Shown: positions 11,079 to 20,368 of the stretch, in pieces
Layout of the letters: each line of letters begins with the position of its first letter
How positions within the stretch are numbered: position 1 is the first letter of the stretch
Source of the DNA: an uncultured Acidobacteriota bacterium
GTDB taxonomy: Bacteria; Acidobacteriota; Thermoanaerobaculia; UBA5066
Assembly (NCBI GenBank): GCA_963779415.1
Contig: CAVZYA010000002.1
Coordinates: 992,001-1,056,000, forward strand
Reading direction: 5' to 3'
DNA: 64,000 nucleotides
Position numbers and translations under genes: made by a program
Notes under the pieces: generated by a model
Database searches by the model: none
What the model was told of the DNA's origin: nothing
What the model saw: the letters and a program-made list of their open reading frames with translations, nothing else

Positions 11079-12515
11079 TCAACGACTCTCGCGGTCGATG
11101 ACCCTCTCGATGGTCCGACGGCAGACCGGGCAGAAGCCGACGTCGTCCCGCGTGAACATGATGCAATCGGCGGCGGGGCGGTACAGCCCCTTCGCTTCGT
11201 AAGACGCCCCTTCGAAGGCGCCGACCTTTCCGGAGTACCTCATCCCCGAAAGGAGCTTCGTCTCGGTGGCCTGGACGCGGCGGAAAAGCGCATCCAACGC
11301 TTCGGGAGGCGCCCCGTCGGCCACCAGCTTCTTTCGTTCGGACTGGAAGGCACGGCTCTCCTTCTCGAAGGCTTCCTTCTCCCAGGGGGTGGGGAGAGGC
11401 GTTCCGGCGGTGACGAGGTCGGCCCACTTCACGCTCTTTTCGTCCTTCAGCGCCGTGACGTTCGGCTCCCACGGCTCGACCTGCTCGGCCCCCCCCGTCT
11501 CGTAGGCGACGTCGGAGGTGTAGTACTCGTCGGCGAGTCCCGCGATGTGATGGCCGAACTCGTGCACGAAGAGGTACTCGGCCCATGCCGACCCCGCGGC
11601 GGCCGTCGCGTGGCTGCCGAAGATCCCGCCGCCGCCGTAACGCGCGTCGTTCACGAGCACCTCGACGACGTCGTACGGCGCGGCCGAAGCGGCCTCACGC
11701 AGCGCCCGGTCGTCCAGCGTCAGGACGTAACGCTCCGAGCCGAAGATTCCGTACTGGGCCGAAAGCGGTGTCCGGCGATAGAGGCCGGAGAACGGGCGGG
11801 TGACGCCGCTCTCGGCCGACGGGAGATGAAGGAACCGGACGTTGAAGTCGCCCTTGCGGGACCGGAACGGCTCGTACTTCCCGAAGAGAAAGTCCGTAAG
11901 CCGGGTTGCGTCTGCGACGAACTTGTCCCGCTCGGCCGCGGTGTACCCCTCGCTGATGACGAGGAGGTCGAGCTTCTTCTCCGGCGGGCCGTTCACGAAA
12001 AGGGGGATCACCGTCCCGGCGGGGGGCCGCGGGGCCGGATTCGTCGTCCAGGCGGCCGGGTCGACGAGGCCGGTCCAGACCTCGCGGAAGAGGTTCTGCG
12101 CGTCCCGGCGGGAAACGCTCACCTGAACGGAGCCCTTTGGCCACGGAAAGCGGAGCGACTCGCCGAACGTCCGCGCCGTCTTCTTCGACTCGGGCGTCGA
12201 CTCCCACTCGGCATAGACCGACGAGTAGCCGCGCGAGAAGAGGACGCGGCCGGTTCCGGGGTCGCGCACCTCGAACCGGTATGTCCCGAGATTCAGCGCG
12301 TCGACGAGGCTCGTCCGGCTGCCGGGCCACGGTCCGTCGTCCACGGCTTTCTCGAAGGCGAGGACCTCGCCGGCGGGCCCGCCCGTGTGCCAGAGATCGA
12401 CCCGCATCGTCCGGCCGGTGAAGGCGGCGTCGTAGGGCGACGGGGCGGGCGTTGCGGAGATCAGGAGGAGGGAAAGAAAGGTGAGAAGCGATGGGATCGC
12501 ACGCTTCGGAGTCAT
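11079..12515 (-). CDS. Peptidase M64 family (IgA peptidase-like), secreted
   Basis: Signal peptide, YGGGG, HEFGHHIAGLADEY, CIM, FCPVC. Confidence 0.9.
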   Translation of the reverse strand: MTPKRAIPSLLTFLSLLLISATPAPSPYDAAFTGRTMRVDLWHTGGPAGEVLAFEKAVDDGPWPGSRTSLVDALNLGTYRFEVRDPGTGRVLFSRGYSSVYAEWESTPESKKTARTFGESLRFPWPKGSVQVSVSRRDAQNLFREVWTGLVDPAAWTTNPAPRPPAGTVIPLFVNGPPEKKLDLLVISEGYTAAERDKFVADATRLTDFLFGKYEPFRSRKGDFNVRFLHLPSAESGVTRPFSGLYRRTPLSAQYGIFGSERYVLTLDDRALREAASAAPYDVVEVLVNDARYGGGGIFGSHATAAAGSAWAEYLFVHEFGHHIAGLADEYYTSDVAYETGGAEQVEPWEPNVTALKDEKSVKWADLVTAGTPLPTPWEKEAFEKESRAFQSERKKLVADGAPPEALDALFRRVQATETKLLSGMRYSGKVGAFEGASYEAKGLYRPAADCIMFTRDDVGFCPVCRRTIERVIDRESR

Positions 12516-12541
12516 GCGAGGATTATCGTCTTTGAGGAAGA

Positions 12542-12561
12542 GCCGCCGCTCAAGCGGCGGC
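12542..12561. promoter_or_regulatory. Perfect 8-bp inverted repeat in a divergent intergenic region
   Basis: GCCGCCGC-TCAA-GCGGCGGC. Confidence 0.35.
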
Positions 12562-12615
12562 CTGGGGGATTTCTTAGAAGGTGAATAGAACAGACGGGGA
12601 GGTCGGTTCTTTCTC

Positions 12616-13179
12616 GTGAGAGCTTTTCTCGCGGTCGTAGTCGAAGGGGAAGAAACCGTCGCGCGGATTCGCGCGCTCCTTTCGGAGATTCGCTCCTTTC
12701 GCGGCCTTCGGGCCGTTCCGCCCCACCAGCTTCACTTCACCCTCAGGTTTTTCGAAGATCTTCCCGAGGCGAAGCTGGCCGCCGCGAAGGAAGCCGCCTC
12801 GCGCGCCGCAGCCGCCTCTTCCTCCTTTTCGTTGAATCTTTCGGGCCTCGGGACTTTTCCCCCTCAAAGGCCCCCGCGGGTCCTCTGGGTCGGCTGCGGG
12901 AGCGGACGCGAAATGCTCGTTTCTCTGGCCGCCGGCGCCGAAAGAGAATTCACTTTCGAAGGATTCGCGCCGGAGGCGCGCCCTTTCTCCCCTCATCTGA
13001 CGCTCGCGCGCGTGAAGGACCCGCACGCCGCGCGCGACGCGGCCGCTTTCGCTTCGGCGAACGCGACGTTCGACGGGGGGACGTTCGAGGTGAAGGAGCT
13101 CGTTCTCTTCCTGTCGGTCCTCGGCCCGTCCGGGGCGGCCCACACCCCCCTCGGCCGCTTCCCGCTCCGCCCCCGTTAG
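12616..13179 (+). CDS. thpR: RNA 2',3'-cyclic phosphodiesterase (2H family)
   Basis: MRAFLA, two HxT motifs (HFTL, HLTL), PRVLWVG. Confidence 0.9.
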   Translation: MRAFLAVVVEGEETVARIRALLSEIRSFRGLRAVPPHQLHFTLRFFEDLPEAKLAAAKEAASRAAAASSSFSLNLSGLGTFPPQRPPRVLWVGCGSGREMLVSLAAGAEREFTFEGFAPEARPFSPHLTLARVKDPHAARDAAAFASANATFDGGTFEVKELVLFLSVLGPSGAAHTPLGRFPLRPR

Positions 13180-13199
13180 ACTCGGCGCCCCGGAAAGAA

Positions 13200-14138
13200 A
13201 TGACCGACACCGTCATCTCCGTCGAAGGGCTCGAGAAGAGCTACGGCGCCGTCGAAGCGCTTCGCGGGATCGACCTCTCGGTCCGTCGCGGCGGCCTCGT
13301 CGGGATCCTCGGGCCGAACGGCGCCGGGAAGACGACGCTCGTCGAGACGATCGAAGGACTTCGGACGCCGACGGTGGGGAAGGTGAGGGTCCTCGGCCTC
13401 GACCCGGCGACCCAGCCCCGCGAGGTGAAGGAGCGGATCGGCGTCCAGCTCCAGACGACGATGCTCCAGACGGAGCTGAAGGCGATCGAGGTCCTCCGGA
13501 TCTATGCCGCGCTCTACCGGAAGGCGCGGGAACCGCACGAGGTCCTCGCGGCGGTCGGCCTCTCGGAGAAAGCCTCCGTCCGCGTCGGGACGCTCTCGGG
13601 AGGACAGAAGCAGCGGCTCGCCCTCGCGCTCGCCCTCGTCCACGACCCGGAGATCGTCCTCCTCGACGAGCCGACGACCGGCCTCGACCCCGGCGCGAGG
13701 CGCGCCCTGCACGAGGTCATCCGCTCTCTCTCGGCCGAGGGGAGGACGGTCGTCCTGACGACGCACTACATCGAGGAAGCGGAGGCGCTCTGCGACCGCG
13801 TCGTCGTCGTCCGGGCCGGGCGGATCGTCGCGGACGGCTCGCCCTTCGACCTTCTGAAAATGGCTTCGGGAATCACGACGCTCTGGGTCGCGGCGGAAGG
13901 GGCGTTCGACCCGTCGCCCCTCGTCGCGGCGGGATGCACGCTCGCCGGACGCGAGAAAGACCATCTCCTTCTGACGACGCACGACCCGACGGCGGCGGTC
14001 CTCGCGCTGGGCGACCTCCTCCGGGCACCGGGCGTGAGGCTCATGGACCTCCGGATGCGGCGGCCGACGCTGGAAGACGTCTACCTCGAGCTCGTCGGGC
14101 CGGAAGCTCGCGAGGAGACGGCGGAAGGGGCTCCGTGA
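13200..14138 (+). CDS. ABC-2 type exporter ATP-binding protein
   Basis: GPNGAGKT, LSGGQ, LLDEPT, TTH. Confidence 0.93.
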   Translation: MTDTVISVEGLEKSYGAVEALRGIDLSVRRGGLVGILGPNGAGKTTLVETIEGLRTPTVGKVRVLGLDPATQPREVKERIGVQLQTTMLQTELKAIEVLRIYAALYRKAREPHEVLAAVGLSEKASVRVGTLSGGQKQRLALALALVHDPEIVLLDEPTTGLDPGARRALHEVIRSLSAEGRTVVLTTHYIEEAEALCDRVVVVRAGRIVADGSPFDLLKMASGITTLWVAAEGAFDPSPLVAAGCTLAGREKDHLLLTTHDPTAAVLALGDLLRAPGVRLMDLRMRRPTLEDVYLELVGPEAREETAEGAP

Positions 14139-15007
14139 GCCCGCTTCACGGCACGTTCGCGCTCTTCCGGGGATTCTTCACCGAGTCGGCCCGGTCGAAG
14201 GCGTCGCTCTTCTGGACGCTCGCCTTCCCGCTCCTCTTTCTTTTCGTCTTCGCCTCCATTTTCGGCGGCGGGCGTCCGGAAGGGGTGTCATACCTGATGC
14301 CGGGGCTTCTGACGATCAGCGTCATGACGGGAAGCCTCTTCGGCGTCGCCTTCCGGATGATCGTGGCGAGGGAGAACGGGGTCCTTCGCCGTCTTCGGGT
14401 GACTCCCGTGACGGCGCTCGCGATCGTCGTGGCTTACGGGATGGTGGCCCTCGCGCTTCTCGTCGCGACCTTTGCGATCCAGCTCGGAACGGCGAAGGCA
14501 ATCTGGCGCATCCCGATCGCTGGGTCGATCGGCTCCCTCGCTGTCGTCGCCCTCGCGGGCTTTTTCGCCTTCGTCCCGCTCGGCCTCTTCGTCGGGAGCG
14601 CCGCACGCGACATGCGGACGGCCCCTCCCCTCGCGAACCTGATCTTCTTTCCGATGATGTTCCTCTCGGGGGCGGCGGTCCCTTACGCGATCCTCCCGCC
14701 GTGGCTTCAGACGGCCGGGCGCTTCCTTCCGGCGACCTGGCTCGTCGAGGCGCTTCAGGGGGTCATCGTCAGGAACGACCCGCTCACCCGCCTCTCGGCC
14801 CCGCTCGGCATCCTCGTCCTGACCGGCCTCGTCGGCGTCTTCATGAACGCGCTTCTCTTCCGGTGGGAGAGCGACGAAAAGGTCGACGGGAAGAAGCTCG
14901 CCCTCGCCCTCGGGACGCTCGCGCTCTTCCTTCTCCTCGTCGCCCTCCTCGCTCCGCCCGTCGGAATGCGGAATGTCGGCTGGGGCGGCCCGCCCATTCC
15001 GCGATGA
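14135..15007 (+). CDS. ABC-2 type permease
   Basis: Multi-TM; FWTLAFP, RENGVLRRLRVTP, PMMFLSG; GTGA overlap with the ATPase gene. Confidence 0.9.
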   Translation: MSPLHGTFALFRGFFTESARSKASLFWTLAFPLLFLFVFASIFGGGRPEGVSYLMPGLLTISVMTGSLFGVAFRMIVARENGVLRRLRVTPVTALAIVVAYGMVALALLVATFAIQLGTAKAIWRIPIAGSIGSLAVVALAGFFAFVPLGLFVGSAARDMRTAPPLANLIFFPMMFLSGAAVPYAILPPWLQTAGRFLPATWLVEALQGVIVRNDPLTRLSAPLGILVLTGLVGVFMNALLFRWESDEKVDGKKLALALGTLALFLLLVALLAPPVGMRNVGWGGPPIPR

Positions 15008-15056
15008 CAGAATCTGCCTTCCGGGCCGCGAATCGGCCCGGCGAAGGGAATCGGCC

Positions 15057-18000
15057 ATGACGATCCGTCTCCGCGCGCTCGCGCTCTTCCTCACGGTCGC
15101 TTTCGGGACCTCTCTCGCCGCGGCGGAAGGGCCGCCCGAGGCGCGGTTGCTCCGCTATCCGGACATCTGGGGCGACTTCGTCGTCTTTACGTACGCCGGG
15201 GACCTCTGGCGCGCCCCCGTTTCGGGGGGGCCGGCGTACCGCCTGACGACGCACGTGGGACAGGAGATCTTTCCGAAGATCTCGCCCGACGGGAAGTGGA
15301 TCGCCTTTTCGGCGGAGTACGCCGGGACGCGGCAGGTTTACGTCATGCCGTCGTGGGGGGGCGAGCCGAAGCAACTGACCTTCTACAACGACGTCGGCGC
15401 GATGCCGCCACGCGGCGGATTCGACGACTGGGTGCTGGGGTGGACGAAGGACGGAAAGATCCTCGTCCGGATGAACCGCGTCCCGTGGAACAACCGGATG
15501 GGGCGGTACTACGTCGTCGACCCGAAGGGGGGGCTCGAGACGCCGCTGGAGATCCCGGAGGGGGGGACCGCCAGCTTCTCCCCCGACGGCACGAAGCTCG
15601 CCTATTGCCCCGTCGACCGCGAGTTCCGGACCTGGAAGCGGACGCTCGGCGGCCGGGCGCAGGACGTCTGGGTCTACGACTTCGCGTCGAAGGCGTCCGA
15701 GCGGATCACCGACTGGAAGGGAACCGACAATTTCCCGATGTGGGAAGGGGGCTCGATCTTCTTCACCTCCGACCGCGACCACACGCTCAATCTCTTCGCC
15801 TGGAACACGGCGACGAGGAAGACCCGGAAGGTGACGGACTTCCACGAGTACGACGTCCTCTGGCCGTCGCTCGCCTCGGACGGAAGCGCCATCGTCTTCA
15901 TGAACGGCGGCTTCCTCTGGCGCCTCGACCTGAAGACGGAGAAGGCCTCGAAGATCCCGATCACCCTCGCCTCCGACCGGGCCCCGCAGGGGACGGCGTG
16001 GAAGGACGTGAAGGAGAACATTGCGGGCGCGACGCTCTCGCCGAGCGGAGCCCGGGTCGTCTTCGAAGCGCGGGGCGACCTCTTCAGCGTTCCGGCGAAG
16101 GACGGAGCGACCCGGAACCTGACGGAGACGCAGGGGGTGCGCGAGCGCGCCCCGGTCTGGTCGCCGGACGGGAAGCGGATCGCCTATCTCTCCGATGCGA
16201 CGGGGGAGTACGAGATCTGGGTCCGGAACCAGGACGGCGCGGGCGAGCCGAAGCGATTGACGAAAGACGGCGGGCCCTGGAAGTTCGCGCCGGCGTGGAG
16301 CCCCGACGGGAAAAAGCTCGCATACGGCGACCGGGAACAGCGGCTCCGGATTCTCGACGTCGAGAGCGGCGCCGTGACCGACGTCGACAAGGGGACACGT
16401 GGCGACCTCGACACGTACGTCTGGTCTCCCGACTCGATGTGGCTCGCCTACGAGAAGAGCACTCCGACGCGCCTCCCGGGAATCTGGGCTTTTTCGCTCG
16501 CCACGAAGAAGGCCGTCCCGCTCGGCGACGGAATGACCTCCGACCACGATCCGGTCTTCTCGGCCGACGGGAAGTACCTCTTCTTCCTCTCCGAACGGGA
16601 CTACCCGATCGTCTTTTCGGCCTACGAGTTCAACTACCTCTACGCGCGCGCCACGCGCGTCTTCGTCGCGGCGCTCGCGACCGACACGCCTTCCCTCTTC
16701 CCGCCGAAGAGCGACGAGGAGAAGGGGAAGGCCGAAGAGCCGAAAAAAGAGGAGAAGAAGGACGAGAAGAAGCCTCCCGCGCCGACCGTGATCGCGGCCG
16801 ACGGCCTCGTCACCCGGACGGAGGCGCTCCCCGGCCTGAAACCGGCGGTCTACGCCGCCCCCGCCGCCACCGCCGACGCGGTCTGGTACCTGAAGCTGGC
16901 GGAAGGCGAGAGGACGCGCGAGGGGACGCTCACCCGCTTCGACCTGAAGGAGCGGAAGGAGGAAAAGGCCGCGGACGGCGTCGCGGCCTTCGAGCTGTCG
17001 CTCGACGGCAAGAAGCTCCTCTACCGCGCCGGCCACGACTGGTTCGTGACCGACGCGAAGGCGCCGGTCAAGGCGGCCGACGGAAAGCTCGACCTCTCGG
17101 GCCTCCGGATGAAGCTCGACGCCGACGCCGAGACGCGCCAGATGTGGGAAGACGGCTGGCGGATCGTCCGCGACTGGTTCTACGACGAGAAGATGCACGG
17201 CGTCGACTGGGCCGCGATGAAGAAGCGCTACGGCGCGCTCGTCCCGTTCGTCTCCCACCGGGCCGACCTCGACTTCCTCTTCGGCGAGCTGGTGGGCGAG
17301 CTCGACTCCGGCCACACGTACGTCGCCAGCGGCGACGAGCCGAAGGTGCCTCGCGTCCTTGGCGGAATGCTCGGCGTCGAGTTGGCCGCCGACAGGTCGG
17401 GGCGGTACCGGATCGAGAAGATCTTCCCGGGCGAGAACTGGGACGACGATTGGCGTTCGCCGCTGACCGAGCCGGGGCTGAACGTCCGGGAGGGGAGCTT
17501 CCTCCTCGCCATCGACGGCCACGACCTGACGACGGCCGACAACCCCTACCAGCTCCTCGAGGGGAAGGGGAACCAGAACGTCGCGCTCCTCGTCAACGAC
17601 AAGCCCTCCACGGACGGGGCGCGCACGGTGACCGTGAAGACGATCACGAACGAGGGGAACCTCCGCTACCTCGACTGGGTGAAGAGCCGGATGGCGATGG
17701 TCGAGAGGCTCTCGCGGGGGAAGGTCGGCTACATCCACCTTCCGGACACGGCGCTGGAGGGGAACCGGATGCTCCAGAAGCTCTTCTACGCCCAGGCGTC
17801 GAAGCCGGCGCTTCTGATCGACGACCGGTACAACGGCGGCGGCTTCATCCCGGACCGGATGATCGAGGTCTTCTCGCGGACGACGCTCGCCTGGTGGGCG
17901 CGCCGCGGCGTCGAGAGCCTGCGGACGCCGGGCTTCGCCAGCGACGGACCGAAGGCCATGCTCGTGAACTCCTACTCCTCGTCCGGCGGCGACGCCCTTC

Positions 18001-18329
18001 CATACTTCTTCCGCGAGAAGAAGCTCGGGCCGATCATCGGGACGCGGACCTGGGGCGGCCTCATCGGCCTCTCCGGAAACCCGCGCCTCGTGGACGGCGG
18101 CGGCCTCAACGTCCCGACCTTCCGGATCTACGACCGCGAGGGGAACTGGGTCGTCGAGGACGAGGGGATCACCCCCGACATCGAGGTCTTCGACGACGCC
18201 GGATCGCGCGTCAAGGGGGGAGACCCGAGCCTCGAGAAGGGGGTCGAGGTCCTGCTCAAGGCGCTCGAGACGGCCCCGAAGGAGCCGAAGCGCCCCGTCC
18301 CCCCCGACATGACGAAGAAGAAGCCCTGA
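15057..18329 (+). CDS. Tricorn-like protease (S41 family; beta-propellers and PDZ)
   Basis: RLLRYPDI, WSPDG repeats, GYIHLPD, RYNGGG, SSSGGD, GTRTWGG. Confidence 0.93.
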   Translation: MTIRLRALALFLTVAFGTSLAAAEGPPEARLLRYPDIWGDFVVFTYAGDLWRAPVSGGPAYRLTTHVGQEIFPKISPDGKWIAFSAEYAGTRQVYVMPSWGGEPKQLTFYNDVGAMPPRGGFDDWVLGWTKDGKILVRMNRVPWNNRMGRYYVVDPKGGLETPLEIPEGGTASFSPDGTKLAYCPVDREFRTWKRTLGGRAQDVWVYDFASKASERITDWKGTDNFPMWEGGSIFFTSDRDHTLNLFAWNTATRKTRKVTDFHEYDVLWPSLASDGSAIVFMNGGFLWRLDLKTEKASKIPITLASDRAPQGTAWKDVKENIAGATLSPSGARVVFEARGDLFSVPAKDGATRNLTETQGVRERAPVWSPDGKRIAYLSDATGEYEIWVRNQDGAGEPKRLTKDGGPWKFAPAWSPDGKKLAYGDREQRLRILDVESGAVTDVDKGTRGDLDTYVWSPDSMWLAYEKSTPTRLPGIWAFSLATKKAVPLGDGMTSDHDPVFSADGKYLFFLSERDYPIVFSAYEFNYLYARATRVFVAALATDTPSLFPPKSDEEKGKAEEPKKEEKKDEKKPPAPTVIAADGLVTRTEALPGLKPAVYAAPAATADAVWYLKLAEGERTREGTLTRFDLKERKEEKAADGVAAFELSLDGKKLLYRAGHDWFVTDAKAPVKAADGKLDLSGLRMKLDADAETRQMWEDGWRIVRDWFYDEKMHGVDWAAMKKRYGALVPFVSHRADLDFLFGELVGELDSGHTYVASGDEPKVPRVLGGMLGVELAADRSGRYRIEKIFPGENWDDDWRSPLTEPGLNVREGSFLLAIDGHDLTTADNPYQLLEGKGNQNVALLVNDKPSTDGARTVTVKTITNEGNLRYLDWVKSRMAMVERLSRGKVGYIHLPDTALEGNRMLQKLFYAQASKPALLIDDRYNGGGFIPDRMIEVFSRTTLAWWARRGVESLRTPGFASDGPKAMLVNSYSSSGGDALPYFFREKKLGPIIGTRTWGGLIGLSGNPRLVDGGGLNVPTFRIYDREGNWVVEDEGITPDIEVFDDAGSRVKGGDPSLEKGVEVLLKALETAPKEPKRPVPPDMTKKKP

Positions 18330-18333
18330 GCAA

Positions 18334-18954
18334 TCACGAAGCGTTCACGCGCTTCCTCAGCACCCACGTCGTCATGCAGCGGAGGTTCTGGACCACGGTG
18401 GTCTTGAGGGGGTCGAGAAGGTCGCCGCCGAGGGAGGCGGTGAGATCGAGAAGGTAAGGCTCGTCGACGAGGAAGCGCTCGGAGCCGTCGAGGAGGCGGA
18501 AGCGCCGGCCACCCAATGGAGTGAAGCGCCCCTCCATTCCGATCGACGAGGCGAGGCGGCAGAAGAAGAGGCCGTCCGGGCGGAGGAGACGCCAGCTTCC
18601 GTCCAGCATCGCGCGGAAATGCGTCTCGTCGCGGGCGAAGTGGAGGACGGCGCTGGAGATGACGACGTCCGCGGCCGCGTCCGGGAAGCTGTTCGACTCG
18701 ATGTTCTCGGCCCTGAAGTTCGAGGCGGGATGGTTCGGAGCGATCTGGCGGGCGAGTTCCTGCACGGCGCGGATGGCGTCGGGATCGGGTTCGACCCCGA
18801 AGACCTCGAACGACTCGCGTAGGAAATAGACGAGATTTCTCCCTCGTCCGCACCCCGCGTCGAGGATCGTCATCCCCGCACGGATGCGCCCCCGCAGAAG
18901 CTGGTCGAAGAGGTAGATGTCGATCGACCCGAAGAGCGACCGGAGGTCGGTCAC
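18334..18954 (-). CDS. Class I SAM-dependent methyltransferase
   Basis: ILDAGCGRGRN motif I. Confidence 0.88.
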   Translation of the reverse strand: MTDLRSLFGSIDIYLFDQLLRGRIRAGMTILDAGCGRGRNLVYFLRESFEVFGVEPDPDAIRAVQELARQIAPNHPASNFRAENIESNSFPDAAADVVISSAVLHFARDETHFRAMLDGSWRLLRPDGLFFCRLASSIGMEGRFTPLGGRRFRLLDGSERFLVDEPYLLDLTASLGGDLLDPLKTTVVQNLRCMTTWVLRKRVNAS

Positions 18955-18985
18955 ATCGTCCTCGTAGGGGGAGGCGGCTGCCCGC

Positions 18986-19723
18986 TCATGGCCCCGGAAT
19001 CCCCGCCGCCGGTCCGCGCCACGGGACGAGCATCGGGACTTTCCGGCGGTATTCCCGGTAGGTCTCGCCGAACTCGGCCACGAGGTCCCGCTCCTCGAGG
19101 ACCGCTCCCACGCAGATCCAGGCTGTCCAAAGGACGTTGAAGAGGAGGCGGTCTGCGGTCAGGTCGGGGGAGGACCAGAACAGGACGATGACGCAGGAGT
19201 AAAGGGGGTGACGGACCCACCGGTAGGGACCTCTGACGACGAACGCCGGCGGGCAATAGGGCCGTCCGCCGAGATGCGCCCGGATCGGGCCGAGGCCGAG
19301 GGGGTCGAAGCCTCGGAGCGCGTACGCGCTCCAGAGGAAGACCGCGACCGCCGAGATGGAGAGCACCCGGAGAACGAGGAGGGAAAGGCCCAGAAGGACA
19401 AATAGGTGAATTTCCGACCGCTGCCAGAGGATGACGACGAGGGTGAGAACGACACCGGACGCGATGGAATAGAAGGCACCGTCATATCGCGGCGGGACGA
19501 TGCGGGCGAGACGGACGCGGAAGGGCCTTCGGACCATGCCGCTGTGCTGGAGGAAGAACGCGAAGGAGAGAGCCGCGTCCCAAAGGAGCACCGAAGAGTC
19601 CGGCCATCCCATCCGGAAGACACGGATCGAGTCCATCGCGGCAAGGAGGGCGATGGATCCCACGCCGAGAACCGCCGAGAGCACGAGCATCAGGGCATCG
19701 AGCCGCTCCGCGGGTCGTTTCAT
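18986..19723 (-). CDS. ICMT/nurim-family membrane methyltransferase (MddA-like)
   Basis: LQHSGM, GPYRWVRHPLY, EERDL..FGETY..Y. Confidence 0.8.
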   Translation of the reverse strand: MKRPAERLDALMLVLSAVLGVGSIALLAAMDSIRVFRMGWPDSSVLLWDAALSFAFFLQHSGMVRRPFRVRLARIVPPRYDGAFYSIASGVVLTLVVILWQRSEIHLFVLLGLSLLVLRVLSISAVAVFLWSAYALRGFDPLGLGPIRAHLGGRPYCPPAFVVRGPYRWVRHPLYSCVIVLFWSSPDLTADRLLFNVLWTAWICVGAVLEERDLVAEFGETYREYRRKVPMLVPWRGPAAGIPGP

Positions 19724-19727
19724 CCTC

Positions 19728-20273
19728 TCAACGACCGCCGCTCACGACCTTCGCGTGCATCGCGACCGTCATTTCCTCGATCCGGTGGCTGAGATCCTTG
19801 ACCAGCACGGTCAGCTCCGTGTTCTGCTCAAGGAGGGTCAGGAGCTGCTCCGTCTGTTTCGAGGCGAGGGCCTGGCGCTGCTCGACCGCGCTCGCGAGGG
19901 CCTCCCGGTGCTGGGCGTCGGCCTCGGCGTGAGCCTTGTCGCGGTCGGCCTGCCGGGTCTGGGCGAGGAGGATGAGAGGGGCCGCGTAGGCGGCCTGAAG
20001 GCTGAATGCCAGGTTGAGAAGAATGAAGGGGTAGAGGTCGAACTTCGCCAGGCCGAGGACGTTCGCGAGGATCCAGATGGCGACGATGACCGTCTGAATG
20101 ACCAGAAAGACGGGTGTGCCGAAGAAGCGTGCGAAGGCCTCGGCCTTCAGGGCGAACCAGCCGTCTCCGAAGGTCGACCCGAGATGGACGTGCGGGAGAT
20201 GGAAGCGGAAATAATGCGCCCTCGAGGGGGAAGCGGCGGTGCCGGGCGACCCCGGTTCGGACGAAGTGCTCAT
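19728..20273 (-). CDS. DUF1003 family membrane protein
   Basis: FDLYPFILLNLAFSLQAAYAAPLILLAQTRQ. Confidence 0.85.
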   Translation of the reverse strand: MSTSSEPGSPGTAASPSRAHYFRFHLPHVHLGSTFGDGWFALKAEAFARFFGTPVFLVIQTVIVAIWILANVLGLAKFDLYPFILLNLAFSLQAAYAAPLILLAQTRQADRDKAHAEADAQHREALASAVEQRQALASKQTEQLLTLLEQNTELTVLVKDLSHRIEEMTVAMHAKVVSGGR

Positions 20274-20368
20274 CTCTTCTCCATGCGACTTGATCTCAGG
20301 TCGCGGGTTTCCCCGACATTACCAACTTTCGGAAGGGTTGTCGGCCCCGGTGGACGATCGCCGGGGGA

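Noticed and set aside
10705-12515. tRNA as an island integration site
   Set aside because: No integrase and no duplicated tRNA 3' end noticed; the 3' side leads straight into tilS.
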